Below the pieces are notes generated by a model. The model was given only the letters and a program-made list of their open reading frames with translations, was not told where the DNA came from and did not search any database. A DNA stretch of 41,310 bases, taken from Candidatus Bathyarchaeota archaeon (GTDB taxonomy: Archaea > Thermoproteota > Bathyarchaeia > Bathyarchaeales > SOJC01). A program made the position numbers and the translations under genes. Positions 32,119-41,310 of this stretch are shown here, piece after piece. Location: the NCBI GenBank assembly GCA_020345645.1, contig CP070765.1, positions 610,440-651,749 of the forward strand, read 5' to 3'. Positions within the stretch are counted from its first letter, which is position 1, and each line of letters opens with the position of its first letter.

Positions 32119-33054
32119 TTAACCGGTCAGCACCATTGAATAGGTGAGTTCCTTTCGCGTTATTTTAAACCCGACTTTTTCGTAGAGGTTGATCGCCAAG
32201 GTTGGGTTCGAATCGTCGACGCCCAATGCAACCTCAGTCATTCCTCGTTTACGCAAGTGTTCCATTCCTCTCAACATCAGCGATGTCCCTATGTCCTTAT
32301 TACGATAAGGCTTCAAGACGCCTATGGAATCGATCCATCCTAGTTTCTCTTCTCGGTAAGCTACGTACTTGCGGTCTATCCACGTCCCAACGAACCCAAC
32401 AGGTTTCGCGTCTATGAACGTGAAGAACCATCCTTCTCGATCGAAATCAGGATGCTGACTCCAATGCAACCACTCTTGCAGAGTGGAGGGTCTAAAGTTG
32501 AAATGCTCCTTGAAGGCTTCATTGTTCAGTTCTCGCATGAGCTGAAGGTCTTCAGAGGAGTCGTTCATAGACCTAAAGGTCACTTCTCGGTTCATCTCTA
32601 CGTCTACAACTGGGCTCAGATCTCGCCGCATCGTACTGAAGACTCGGACCACTTGGAATCCCGCTGATTCAAGCAGGTGTTTGGCTACCGGCTTGTCATC
32701 TCTGCTCCAAGCCTGTGCAGTCTCCATTCCCCGCTCGCGTAGACTGGAGAGTGCAGTCTCCAACAACGCACGAGCTATACCTCTTCTCCGGTAAACGGGG
32801 ATAACGCACAACCCTTGCACGAAACCTTTCTTCTCCTTCCGTTCTCTGTCCACATGGGCTTGAACACGCCCAACCGGTTGACCTTCAACCTCAGCGATGT
32901 ACATACCAACAGGATCAAACTCAGGCGATTTCTCCCAAATTTCAATATCTTCCATTGTTCCAGGTCGGAAATCATCATATTCAGTGAAGGATTCATTCCG
33001 CATCCTGAGCCAGATCGCTTCATCTTCTCCCTGTACAAACGCTCGAATTTTCAA
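32119..33054 (-). CDS. Tandem-GNAT N-acetyltransferase
   Basis: Two acetyl-CoA motif A copies are present: VIPVYRRRGIARALL and VLKPYRNKDIGTSLM. The 311-aa product resembles two-domain GNATs such as mycothiol-synthase-like enzymes. Confidence 0.8.
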   Translation of the reverse strand: MKIRAFVQGEDEAIWLRMRNESFTEYDDFRPGTMEDIEIWEKSPEFDPVGMYIAEVEGQPVGRVQAHVDRERKEKKGFVQGLCVIPVYRRRGIARALLETALSSLRERGMETAQAWSRDDKPVAKHLLESAGFQVVRVFSTMRRDLSPVVDVEMNREVTFRSMNDSSEDLQLMRELNNEAFKEHFNFRPSTLQEWLHWSQHPDFDREGWFFTFIDAKPVGFVGTWIDRKYVAYREEKLGWIDSIGVLKPYRNKDIGTSLMLRGMEHLRKRGMTEVALGVDDSNPTLAINLYEKVGFKITRKELTYSMVLTG

Positions 33055-33140
33055 GGTTACAATCTCACTTAGAATCGGAGGTGCTGATGCAGAAAAGCAG
33101 ATTTAAGGGTTATGTAGGAGAACCTGCACATCGATGTTCA

Positions 33141-34382
33141 TCATTCTTCCTTCGTCTTTGGCTCTCGAACCGCGAAGAGCACAATTAGACTGACTGAGGC
33201 ACCTAGAATCATGCTGAGGAAGAATGGGTAGACAGGTGACGCCCCGTACAGAACTCCACCAAACGCGGATGAAGGAACCGTAGCGAGGATGTTCATCGTT
33301 ACGATTGTACCCATAATTCGACCTCGCTTCTCTTTAGGAATCAGGTCAGCTAGCAGCGCGTTGTAGGCAGGCATAATCAAGCAGCCGCCAACCCCAAACA
33401 TAACGTGGACGACCAGCAACATCGAAAACCCAGTTGATAAAATGAAGAGAAGAGTGGAAGGCATAAAGAGAGCGTAGGCTATGAGGATGGAGCGCCTCCG
33501 ACCGATCTTGTCAACGACCTTCCCAAATGGAAAACCGAGGATCAGAGTTGTAGCAACCCACACGGTGTTCACGAGACCCCACTCCAACTCCGTTATCCCA
33601 ACGACATCCAACACGTAGAGAGAAGTGAACATGCGAAACATAGGCTCTTCAAAGGCGCTTACGAGAAACGCGATCGTCACAAATCGCAAGGTTCGAGGCA
33701 TGTCTCTCCAAGCTTCTCTAATCGCAGTCAGAGAGTCCCGAAACGCCGCTTTCACCGCTCTAAGTTCAATTGGCTGCGGGTTCTCAAGCGTCTCTTGAAG
33801 GAAGAACAAGCGAATAAGTGCCGCCGACAACATGCAGAAGAACACGACAGTATAGACTATCCGCATACCAGGAACCACGCCATAACTATCCACGAGGTAC
33901 CCAGCGATTGCAGGTGCAACAATCGTTGGGATGTTGGGAATTACATTCACCGCGGCGTATCCCATGCCACGTTTCTCTGGAGGAACTGAATCTGCTAGGA
34001 TCGCGTCGAGAGCGGGTTGGTAGATTAAACTCAGATTCGAGATGACCATCCCAATTAAGACAAACCGCCAATCAGGTGCAAAGATGTGAAAGAGGAACGA
34101 GAAGGCGATGACGAAAGTCATCATCACAATGATCTGCCTCCTCCCATGTCTGTCAGCGATGACCGCGCCGGGAATCCGCACTAATCCCAAAGCCAACGCA
34201 CCAACTGACCCCATCAACCCGATGACTTCAGGAGGCGCTCCAAGGTCTCGGAAGAAGGGGGATTCAAACGAGAAGGTCATGGAGAAAGTGAAGAAAACAA
34301 AAAGCCAGCTGACAATGAGAGTCAGCAAGTTTCCTCGCATAAAGGAAAACTCAGACTTGATCTTTGTCAGAACTTGACTCAA
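33141..34382 (-). CDS. MFS transporter
   Basis: The product has 12 TM helices and the motifs ADRHGRRQ and GKVVDKIGRRRS. It is 413 aa. Confidence 0.8.
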   Translation of the reverse strand: MSQVLTKIKSEFSFMRGNLLTLIVSWLFVFFTFSMTFSFESPFFRDLGAPPEVIGLMGSVGALALGLVRIPGAVIADRHGRRQIIVMMTFVIAFSFLFHIFAPDWRFVLIGMVISNLSLIYQPALDAILADSVPPEKRGMGYAAVNVIPNIPTIVAPAIAGYLVDSYGVVPGMRIVYTVVFFCMLSAALIRLFFLQETLENPQPIELRAVKAAFRDSLTAIREAWRDMPRTLRFVTIAFLVSAFEEPMFRMFTSLYVLDVVGITELEWGLVNTVWVATTLILGFPFGKVVDKIGRRRSILIAYALFMPSTLLFILSTGFSMLLVVHVMFGVGGCLIMPAYNALLADLIPKEKRGRIMGTIVTMNILATVPSSAFGGVLYGASPVYPFFLSMILGASVSLIVLFAVREPKTKEE

Positions 34383-34503
34383 CTAACTAACCAACGTGTA
34401 ACGTCAGAACTAGGCGGTTCCTACATATATCCGCTCCGCGGACACGTGTAAACTCCAATCAGCGGATTCTGAAAATTAAGAAAACGGTTGATCGCGCTTG
34501 GAA

Positions 34504-34773
34504 TTACCGTTCATAACCAATTTCCCAGATGACACGCCCCTCGGGATCTGGGCACTCGATCTCGAAGACTTCAGGAAGCCAATCATCTGGTTCATCAATC
34601 TTCCTCTGCTTGGCGGGTAGCAAGGGAAGGAGACTGGAAAGCGCATAGAGACAGACGTGTTTGTTTCCTTCAGGTAAACTCAGTTTTCCCCCCTCAAGAC
34701 GGAAGCAGTCGCCAACTTGATGCGTGTTACAGTAACCCTCAATGGCTTTAACCCTCACAATCAGCGTCTTCAT
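34504..34773 (-). CDS. TIGR04076-family small Cys-containing protein
   Basis: ..VKAIEGYCNTHQVGDCF......CLYALSSLLPLL...................CPDPEGRVIWEI matches my memory of the TIGR04076 pattern. The start is set at MKTLIV; the ORF is open to 34788. Confidence 0.55.
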   Translation of the reverse strand: MKTLIVRVKAIEGYCNTHQVGDCFRLEGGKLSLPEGNKHVCLYALSSLLPLLPAKQRKIDEPDDWLPEVFEIECPDPEGRVIWEIGYER

Positions 34774-34872
34774 AGAATTGCACAGCAAAACGGGAATAGT
34801 AGCAAGATTAAAGGTTTACGCTATGATGTAGATCTGTGCGTTACTGCAAATTCAGGAAAGGGAGCAACGTCA

Positions 34873-35346
34873 TTGAAGAGAATATCCTCAAACATCAATC
34901 GCTGTTCTGGTTGCAGACTCTGTGAACTGCATTGTAGTTGTAAGAAAGAAGGCGTCTCCGAACCTGCTACATCCAGAGTGTATGTGAAGAAAGATGACCA
35001 GCTCGGAATTGATTTCCCACTTCTCTGCTGGCACTGCGACCCATGTAATGCGATACAGAATTGCGAGCAAAACGCCTTGCAGAAGAACGAGGATGGTCTG
35101 ATATATCTTGACGAAGCTAGGTGCATCGGATGTGGAAGCTGTATTGATGCATGTATCATCGAAGCAATTCGACTTCACCCAGTACAAAATATCCCTATGA
35201 TCTGTGATCAATGCGGAGGGGTCCCCGTCTGTGTTCAAAAATGCCCAACGCAGGCACTATCATTTAAGGAGACAAAAGAGAAAACGCCAAGACTGCTAGG
35301 ACAGGTCGTCAAGGATGCCTTGAAGAGTTGGGGTGTTAGTGCCTAG
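34873..35346 (+). CDS. 4Fe-4S polyferredoxin (four cluster motifs), AOR-associated electron-transfer subunit
   Basis: Cluster motifs are CSGCRLCELHC, CWHCDPCNAIQNC, CIGCGSCIDAC and CDQCGGVPVCVQKCP. A TTG start at 34873 follows GGGAG. The gene overlaps the AOR gene start by 14 nt. The ORF is open from 34717, but that part overlaps the divergent gene. Confidence 0.8.
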   Translation: MKRISSNINRCSGCRLCELHCSCKKEGVSEPATSRVYVKKDDQLGIDFPLLCWHCDPCNAIQNCEQNALQKNEDGLIYLDEARCIGCGSCIDACIIEAIRLHPVQNIPMICDQCGGVPVCVQKCPTQALSFKETKEKTPRLLGQVVKDALKSWGVSA

Positions 35347-37216
35347 ACTGTGTGGCTATGCAGGAAAAACCCTGCGCATCAATCTATCAAAGACTGTTTC
35401 CAAAGCCCAACCCCTTGACAAAACACTTGTAACAATGTACTTGGGTGGAAGAGGATTCAACTCTCAGAGAATCTATACTGAGTTACCCAGGGATGTTGAA
35501 CCGCTCTCCCCTCAAAACAAGCTGTTCTTTGCTACTGGCCCCCTTGTTGGAACAGCGTTCCCCCTAGGTGCAAGGTTCAACGTAAGTGCGAAGTCTCCAC
35601 AGACACGGATCCTTGGAGATTCGAATGCGGGAGGACACTTCGCACCCGAGATGAAGTATGCTGGGTACGACCAGATCATCATTGAAGGAAGAAGCCAGAA
35701 GCTAGCGTATGTCCAGATCGTAGACAACGATGTCCGGATAATTGATGCAGAACATCTCGCTGGAATGGACGTCTATGAAACTACTAGGACCATAGAGAAG
35801 GAGTCAGGAATCCGACAGATTCAGACAGTTGCAATTGGACCCGCAGCGGAGAATGGCGTTCTCTTCGCTGGAATCTTCGCCAACCTTGCGAGAGCGGCGG
35901 CGAGAACGGGCATGGGGACTGTGATGGCCTCAAAAAACCTCAAGGCGATTGCAGTTAAGGGAACTGGAGGTGTGAAAATCGCTGCTCCCAGAAAATTCGA
36001 AGCGATTATTGAAGAAGTTGAAGAAGAAACGTATGCCCACCCACAATATCAGCCTCGAAGGTTAATGGGCACAACTAGAATCCTGATGCTAGCCAACAGA
36101 CTGGGCTTCCTTCCAACCAGACATTTCACCTCAGCCACCTTTGAACATGCTGAGGAAGTCAGTGGTGAGAGGTTGGCTAAAGAGTTCAATGTGAAGAACA
36201 GAGCGTGCTTTGCGTGCATTGTTCCATGCAGTCGATTCTACGCTGTGAAAAAAGGAGAATTTGCTGGCTTGTACGGAGAAGGACCAGAATACGAACCGTT
36301 AAGTAGCTTCACTGCCAGAGTTGGCAACTCCCATTTAGATCTGGCGTTGAAAGCCGTAGACTTGGTGAACAGGTTAGGAATGGATGCAATCACCACTGCA
36401 GAATGCATTGCTTGGGCGATGGAGCTGTATGAAAGAAAAGAGCTTACTACAGAAGAGTGTGATGGACTTAACCTTGAATGGGGAAATGGTGAAGGAGTAT
36501 TGAGTTTAATTGAGAAAATCGCTACCCGCGAAGGATTCGGTGACGTATTAGCTGACGGAGTGAAACGGGCAGCTGCGAAACTGGGCAGGGGAGAGGAACT
36601 AGCACTCCACGTCAAAGGTCTCGAGATCATCCAAGCTGATCCTCGCGGAGTGAAGGGGTATGGATTAGGATACGTAGTTGCTAGCAGAGGTGGTGATCAC
36701 CTGAGGTCTGAGCCATTCCTAGAGTTAACAGATGATCCTTCGAAAGGAATAGAGCTCTTCGGGGTACCTGAGGCAACCATGAGGCTTGAGTACAAAGGAA
36801 AAGGAAAACTTGTTCGTTACTTCGAAGATTGGTGTGCGGTTATAGACGCCTTGGAGGTCTGCAAGAACCTTGCAGAGAACATGAACCTATTACCATGGAA
36901 GAGAGCCGCTGAAGTCACTGAAGCAGTAACAGGTCTCCACTTCACGGAGGGACAAATACACGACATCGGTGAAAGAATTGTCAATCTTGAGAGATTATAC
37001 TTGCTTCGAGAAGGGGTCACAGGGAAAGATGACTGCTTACCAAGCAGATTTCTCACTGAACCTATTCCAGATGGAGCCTCCAAGGGAGCACTCTTTGAGA
37101 TCGAGCCAATGTTGAAGGAGTATTACGAAGAACGAGGATGGACGCAAAATGGAGTACCGCAAGGAGCAACTCTCAGCCGCCTTAAGCTCCCACCAGCGTC
37201 ACAGAGGAAAAACTAA
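35333..37216 (+). CDS. aor: Aldehyde:ferredoxin oxidoreductase family tungstopterin enzyme
   Basis: The N-terminus GYAGKTLRINLS, GGRGF, later DxxGxC/D-type pterin blocks (LGMDAITT), the [4Fe-4S] Cys pattern (CFACIVPCSR) and VASRGGDHLRSEP are all present. The product is 627 aa and the start is GTG. Confidence 0.9.
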   Translation: MLVPRLCGYAGKTLRINLSKTVSKAQPLDKTLVTMYLGGRGFNSQRIYTELPRDVEPLSPQNKLFFATGPLVGTAFPLGARFNVSAKSPQTRILGDSNAGGHFAPEMKYAGYDQIIIEGRSQKLAYVQIVDNDVRIIDAEHLAGMDVYETTRTIEKESGIRQIQTVAIGPAAENGVLFAGIFANLARAAARTGMGTVMASKNLKAIAVKGTGGVKIAAPRKFEAIIEEVEEETYAHPQYQPRRLMGTTRILMLANRLGFLPTRHFTSATFEHAEEVSGERLAKEFNVKNRACFACIVPCSRFYAVKKGEFAGLYGEGPEYEPLSSFTARVGNSHLDLALKAVDLVNRLGMDAITTAECIAWAMELYERKELTTEECDGLNLEWGNGEGVLSLIEKIATREGFGDVLADGVKRAAAKLGRGEELALHVKGLEIIQADPRGVKGYGLGYVVASRGGDHLRSEPFLELTDDPSKGIELFGVPEATMRLEYKGKGKLVRYFEDWCAVIDALEVCKNLAENMNLLPWKRAAEVTEAVTGLHFTEGQIHDIGERIVNLERLYLLREGVTGKDDCLPSRFLTEPIPDGASKGALFEIEPMLKEYYEERGWTQNGVPQGATLSRLKLPPASQRKN

Positions 37217-37304
37217 GGGATCTCTCAAACGCGGATTGATCGTCTGACAACAATCTTAATAGTGTACTAAGACCCTTCTTCAAAACTCGCTAAAGGAGAG
37301 GGCG

Positions 37305-38879
37305 ATGACTTCAGGCTCAGGCGTCAAAATCGTGCTCACTGCTTCTGGCACTGAGATGAGCGATTACTACAACAACCCGTTTGTAGCCTTCGTTGCAGGC
37401 TTCGCTAAAGGTCCAGTTCCTTCGTGGTTGTTGAGGAAGGTGATTTACCCACCAGTTGAGCGCGATGCCCATGGAAGGGCTAAATACGCACCTTATGGGT
37501 TGAGGAAGGTCGAAGCTCTTCTCCTAAAGAACGGGTTCGCTGAGTCAGATGTCGCCGTGGTTCACCCCACAGACCTAGACTCGTTTATTGGTTCAGAAAC
37601 AAAAGTGGTCGGAATCTCCTCCATGGATCCAACAGGAATGGGATACGTCAGCAAGACGTATTCTTCGCTACTAGGCGGAGGAGAATCAATGAACGCAATC
37701 GAGTTCAAGAGACTCCTAAATCATCCCAACATTCGAGCTTTTAAGCCAAAAGTCATCGTTGGAGGATTCGGATCGTGGCAACTCGAACGAAAAGGCTTAG
37801 TCGACAAATATGGCATTGATTGCTTACTCATCGGCGGGAAGGTAAATACGATAGTTGATCTTTTCGACAAAGCAGTCAATGGAGAACCGCTTCCAACGAT
37901 TATCCGTGATGAAAAGAACCATACGGGTGACGCTGAAGATGCAGGGTTACCAATGATAAGGCATGCCGCGATTCATGGCGCAGTGGAAATTTCCAGAGGA
38001 TGTGGTAGAAACTGTCAATTCTGCACTCCGACAATGCAGAACAAGGTCGATATACCACTCGACGCAATTTTAAAGGAAGTTAAGACAACGATGAATGAGG
38101 ATTTTTCAAACATCACTTTAGTTACGGAAGACCTGTTCCTCTATGGAGCAAAGACTAGTCGATTCATCCCGAATAAGAGAGCAGTCTTAAAACTTGTCAG
38201 AAGCATCGCGGATCACCCGGGAGTTATAGGTATTCAACCTTCCCACATGTCTTTAGCTCCTGTAGTATATGACCAAGGAATGGTCAAGGAAGTCGCAGAA
38301 GTTCTTATCGAACACAGCTGGTACTCTCATGGAGGGAAGCCGATCGTTACGTCTGAAACGGGGATTGAAACAGGTAGTACAAGACTCATGAGAAAGTACA
38401 TGGCTGGCAAAATGCTACCGTACAAACCGGAACAGTGGCGAGAGGTCGTCACACAGGCTTTCGGGATCTTGAACGATAACGATTGGTATCCTCTTGCCAC
38501 CCTCATCATCGGGCTTCCTCAAGAAAGGGAAGAGGATGTAACGGAAACACTTGAGCTCATGGATGGTTTGAAAGGTTACAACGCTTTCTATGTGCCACTC
38601 TTTTTCGTCCCACTAGAAAACTGCTTACTGATGCATCGGAAAGCCGCAGAGATCGATTCGCTCACAGAAATCCGCTGGGAACTCTTAACCCGTTGCTGGG
38701 AATACAACGTCAGAATCTGGCGTGACACGTTCCTTCACCACCGAATCCGCAACCCATTAGTCTTCAACACCATAAAACGAGTTATGATTCCATACATAGC
38801 TAAAACTGTCGGGCTCTACTATGGACTGAAACACGGCGAGCAGATGAGGCAGGCCATATGGAAAATGGCAGTCGCTTAG
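37305..38879 (+). CDS. Radical SAM protein with an N-terminal B12-binding-like domain
   Basis: The radical SAM motif is EISRGCGRNCQFCTP (CxxxCxxC). The preceding roughly 200-aa Rossmann-like region (VVGISSMDP) resembles class-B rSAM enzymes. The product is 524 aa. Confidence 0.72.
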   Translation: MTSGSGVKIVLTASGTEMSDYYNNPFVAFVAGFAKGPVPSWLLRKVIYPPVERDAHGRAKYAPYGLRKVEALLLKNGFAESDVAVVHPTDLDSFIGSETKVVGISSMDPTGMGYVSKTYSSLLGGGESMNAIEFKRLLNHPNIRAFKPKVIVGGFGSWQLERKGLVDKYGIDCLLIGGKVNTIVDLFDKAVNGEPLPTIIRDEKNHTGDAEDAGLPMIRHAAIHGAVEISRGCGRNCQFCTPTMQNKVDIPLDAILKEVKTTMNEDFSNITLVTEDLFLYGAKTSRFIPNKRAVLKLVRSIADHPGVIGIQPSHMSLAPVVYDQGMVKEVAEVLIEHSWYSHGGKPIVTSETGIETGSTRLMRKYMAGKMLPYKPEQWREVVTQAFGILNDNDWYPLATLIIGLPQEREEDVTETLELMDGLKGYNAFYVPLFFVPLENCLLMHRKAAEIDSLTEIRWELLTRCWEYNVRIWRDTFLHHRIRNPLVFNTIKRVMIPYIAKTVGLYYGLKHGEQMRQAIWKMAVA

Positions 38880-38977
38880 AAGTTTGAATCACCGTTCCAA
38901 CCTAGCTGAGCCTACTACACCAAGAGGTCAAATCCATCGGGTAAACGACGGGTTCCCAGTTTGAGAGTAGTAATGAT

Positions 38978-41242
38978 ATGAAGAACACGCTTGAAATACT
39001 GAGAGATCATTACGGAATTGAAAACGCAAATTTGCAGCAGTTAGACAGTGACGGAAGGAAGCTCAACTACCTAGTAAGCACCTCGCAAGGACAGAAATTC
39101 GTCTTCAAACAATACAAAACCAAACTTGGACTCCAAGAATATCTGGATGCAGAAAACCAGATTCTACAACTTCTCACAAAACATGTCCCTTATGCCTTCC
39201 CTGAACCTCAAAGAAACCTGAACGGAGAATTCATCACAAACATCGAACACGGGAAAAAACTGGGTCGATTGCTCACATTCATTAAAGGAAGGTTTCTGAG
39301 CGAGGTGAACCATTCGACACGACTCTTTCATTCCATTGGTAGCTTCCTAGCCGAAATGGATCAAGCATTAACCTCTTTTCGCCACCCTGCAATAGAAGCT
39401 CGACAGCTAGACTGGGACTTACAGCACTGCCTAGACAATCAGAGACTTGCTATTTACATTGAAGAACTACAACGCCGGAAACTAGTCGATTACTTCTTCC
39501 TCCAATTCAGGGAAACGGTGCTTCCAGAGATAAGGAGTTTGAGAAAGAGCACAATCCACGCAGACGTTAACGACTGGAACCTAATTGTACGGAAAGGACA
39601 GGTCGCTGGGATCATCGATTTCAGCGATGTAGTTTATTCCCCTTTAATCAATGAATTAGCAGTCACAGTGACCTACGCGATTCTGGGAAAGCAGGAACCA
39701 ATTAAGTGGGCGTGCTACATAATAGAAGAATACACCAAAGTATTACCATTAGAGGACAAGGAAGTCGCACTGCTCTACTACCTTATCGCTGCTCGCCTAT
39801 GTACAAGCGTCTGTATCTCAGCCTACAACAAGAAGCAGTATCCAGACAACAAGCACCTCACGGTTAGTGAAAAACCCGCTTGGGACATGTTGGAGAGATG
39901 GATTACCATCAGTCCCATTCAAGCCACAAAGAACTTCAGACACGCCGCGGGTTTCCAGAAAAGAGTCTACTCACCCCTCCAGAAAAGCTTGAACGATCGA
40001 ATGAAGCACATCAGCAAATCACTCTCCATCACCTACTCACGACCCATTAGAATGGTGAAAGCAGCATTTCAATACATGTATGATGCTGGTGGACGAACCT
40101 ACCTCGACGCGAGAAACAACATCCCCCATGTCGGGCACTGTCACCCCAAAGTAGTCCAAGCAGGTCAACGACAGATGGCGACCCTGAACACCAACACTCG
40201 TTACCTATACGATCAACTGAACGACTACTCATCTAAACTCCTCGCGAAGTTCCCGAAGCCACTAAGCAAAGTCTTCTTCGTGAACTCCGGCAGTGCGGCA
40301 AGTGACTTAGCCATCCGCTTGGCTTACACGCATACAGGTCGCAGAAAGATCCTAGTCGTAGAACACGGCTATCATGGGAACACAAAGACAGGTATTGAGA
40401 TCAGCCCCTACAAATACGAAGGAAAAGGTGGTCAAGGTCAAGTTTCCCACGTTGTGAAAGCTCCCATTCCAGACACCTACCGAGGGAAATACAAACAGAA
40501 TTCCAAGGAAGCAGGGAAGCAATACGCCAACGAAGCCATTGAACTACTCAATGCGAATGGCGGAGACATAGCAGCTTTCATCTGCGAACCCGTGATAGGG
40601 GGAGGTGGCCAAGTGCCACTCCCCAGTGGATACCTGAAGGAAATGTATGGAGCCATTAGGACACGAGGAGGAGTATGTATATCCGATGAGGTGCAAACGG
40701 GTTTTGGACGCTTAGGAGGAAGTTTCTGGGGGTTCCAAACCCAAAACGTTGTCCCAGACATCGTTGTTCTCGGTAAACCGATGGGAAATGGGCACCCGAT
40801 TGCTGCAGTCGTGACCACAGATGAGGTGACACAAAGCTTCGAAAACGGAATGGAATTCTTCAGTTCATATGGAGGAAACCCCGTATCATGCGCAATCGGA
40901 CTGGCTGTCCTTGAAGTAATTGAAGAGGAGAGACTGCAGGAAAACGCTTTGGTGGTTGGTAACTACCTAAAACAGAAACTAAGCCTGCTTACCGAAGAGC
41001 ATACAGAAGTGGGCGATATACGAGGCACTGGGTTTTTCCTTGGAATCGAACTCGTGAAGAACCAAAACACGTTCGAACCACACACTGAGCTTGCACAGCG
41101 TTTGAAGAATCAGTTGAAAGAGAATGGCATCTTAGTCGGGACTGATGGGCCCTACGAAAATGTGATCAAGATTAAACCCCCCATGTGCTTCACTCAGAAC
41201 AACGCGCAACAGCTGGTCGATGAGTTGGAAAGGTGCCTTTGA
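38978..41242 (+). CDS. Bifunctional fusion of an APH-fold kinase (hydroxylysine/homoserine-kinase-II-like) with a class-III PLP aminotransferase-fold domain (AGXT2L-type phospho-lyase-like)
   Basis: The N-terminal half has the kinase catalytic loop HADVNDWNLIV and the IIDFSD Mg-binding motif. The C-terminal half has GSAASDLA, ICEPV.GGGGQV, SDEVQTGFGR and the PLP-lysine block VVLGKPMGNGHPIA, which is typical of the phospho-lyase subgroup. The product is 754 aa. Confidence 0.85.
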   Translation: MKNTLEILRDHYGIENANLQQLDSDGRKLNYLVSTSQGQKFVFKQYKTKLGLQEYLDAENQILQLLTKHVPYAFPEPQRNLNGEFITNIEHGKKLGRLLTFIKGRFLSEVNHSTRLFHSIGSFLAEMDQALTSFRHPAIEARQLDWDLQHCLDNQRLAIYIEELQRRKLVDYFFLQFRETVLPEIRSLRKSTIHADVNDWNLIVRKGQVAGIIDFSDVVYSPLINELAVTVTYAILGKQEPIKWACYIIEEYTKVLPLEDKEVALLYYLIAARLCTSVCISAYNKKQYPDNKHLTVSEKPAWDMLERWITISPIQATKNFRHAAGFQKRVYSPLQKSLNDRMKHISKSLSITYSRPIRMVKAAFQYMYDAGGRTYLDARNNIPHVGHCHPKVVQAGQRQMATLNTNTRYLYDQLNDYSSKLLAKFPKPLSKVFFVNSGSAASDLAIRLAYTHTGRRKILVVEHGYHGNTKTGIEISPYKYEGKGGQGQVSHVVKAPIPDTYRGKYKQNSKEAGKQYANEAIELLNANGGDIAAFICEPVIGGGGQVPLPSGYLKEMYGAIRTRGGVCISDEVQTGFGRLGGSFWGFQTQNVVPDIVVLGKPMGNGHPIAAVVTTDEVTQSFENGMEFFSSYGGNPVSCAIGLAVLEVIEEERLQENALVVGNYLKQKLSLLTEEHTEVGDIRGTGFFLGIELVKNQNTFEPHTELAQRLKNQLKENGILVGTDGPYENVIKIKPPMCFTQNNAQQLVDELERCL

Positions 41243-41310
41243 TACATGTTCGCAGGGCTTTTGTAACACGGAGTTGTTGAAGACCACAAACCAGTTGGTG
41301 AGGGCTATAA

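Noticed and set aside
34717-34872. Upstream extension of the polyferredoxin ORF (MMRVTVTLNGFNPHNQ...)
   Set aside because: It overlaps the N-terminus of the divergent TIGR04076-like gene and contains no ferredoxin motif. The first cluster motif begins just after the TTG at 34873, which has a GGGAG upstream.

Overview
This window is a densely packed, two-strand archaeal chromosomal segment. The archaeal assignment rests on an archaeal-type ribosomal protein uS10, endonuclease Q, archaeal ApgM, AfpA/Isf flavoproteins, a tungsten AOR with polyferredoxin, A/T-rich TATA-like boxes upstream of genes, and many GTG/TTG starts. I can support about 46 protein-coding genes, one tRNA-Asp(GUC) and one TPP (THI-box) riboswitch in front of thiT. 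I saw no rRNA, CRISPR array, transposase or integrase. All family calls come from motifs I recognise in the supplied translations; no database search was possible. Content is mostly housekeeping or metabolism: tdh-kbl threonine catabolism, apgM, a pckA-like gene, MFS transporters, nitroreductases and flavoproteins. DNA-repair functions are notably frequent: EndoQ, an EndoIII-like HhH-GPD protein, a YcaQ-like glycosylase, and LigD-type Pol and PE modules. The best candidate for an undescribed system lies at about 18.9-22.5 kb. It comprises a 2-TM zinc-ribbon protein and a DUF2207-like membrane protein whose cytoplasmic C-terminus is a 10-Cys (Cys-Ala)n tail ending GGGAG. An overlapping radical SAM/SPASM enzyme with a fused PqqD-like RRE domain follows, then a 36-aa zinc-ribbon micro-protein. 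Other notable items are listed here. (1) A LigD-like ligase domain with the catalytic motif-I lysine replaced (KxDG -> QWGG), fused to a 3'-phosphoesterase domain next to a stand-alone LigD polymerase. (2) A STAY-GREEN (Mg-dechelatase) homologue beside a possible TspO-like membrane protein. (3) A TPP riboswitch with an extra hairpin, controlling thiT and possibly an AIR-synthase-like gene. (4) A kinase/class-III-aminotransferase (phospho-lyase-like) fusion.
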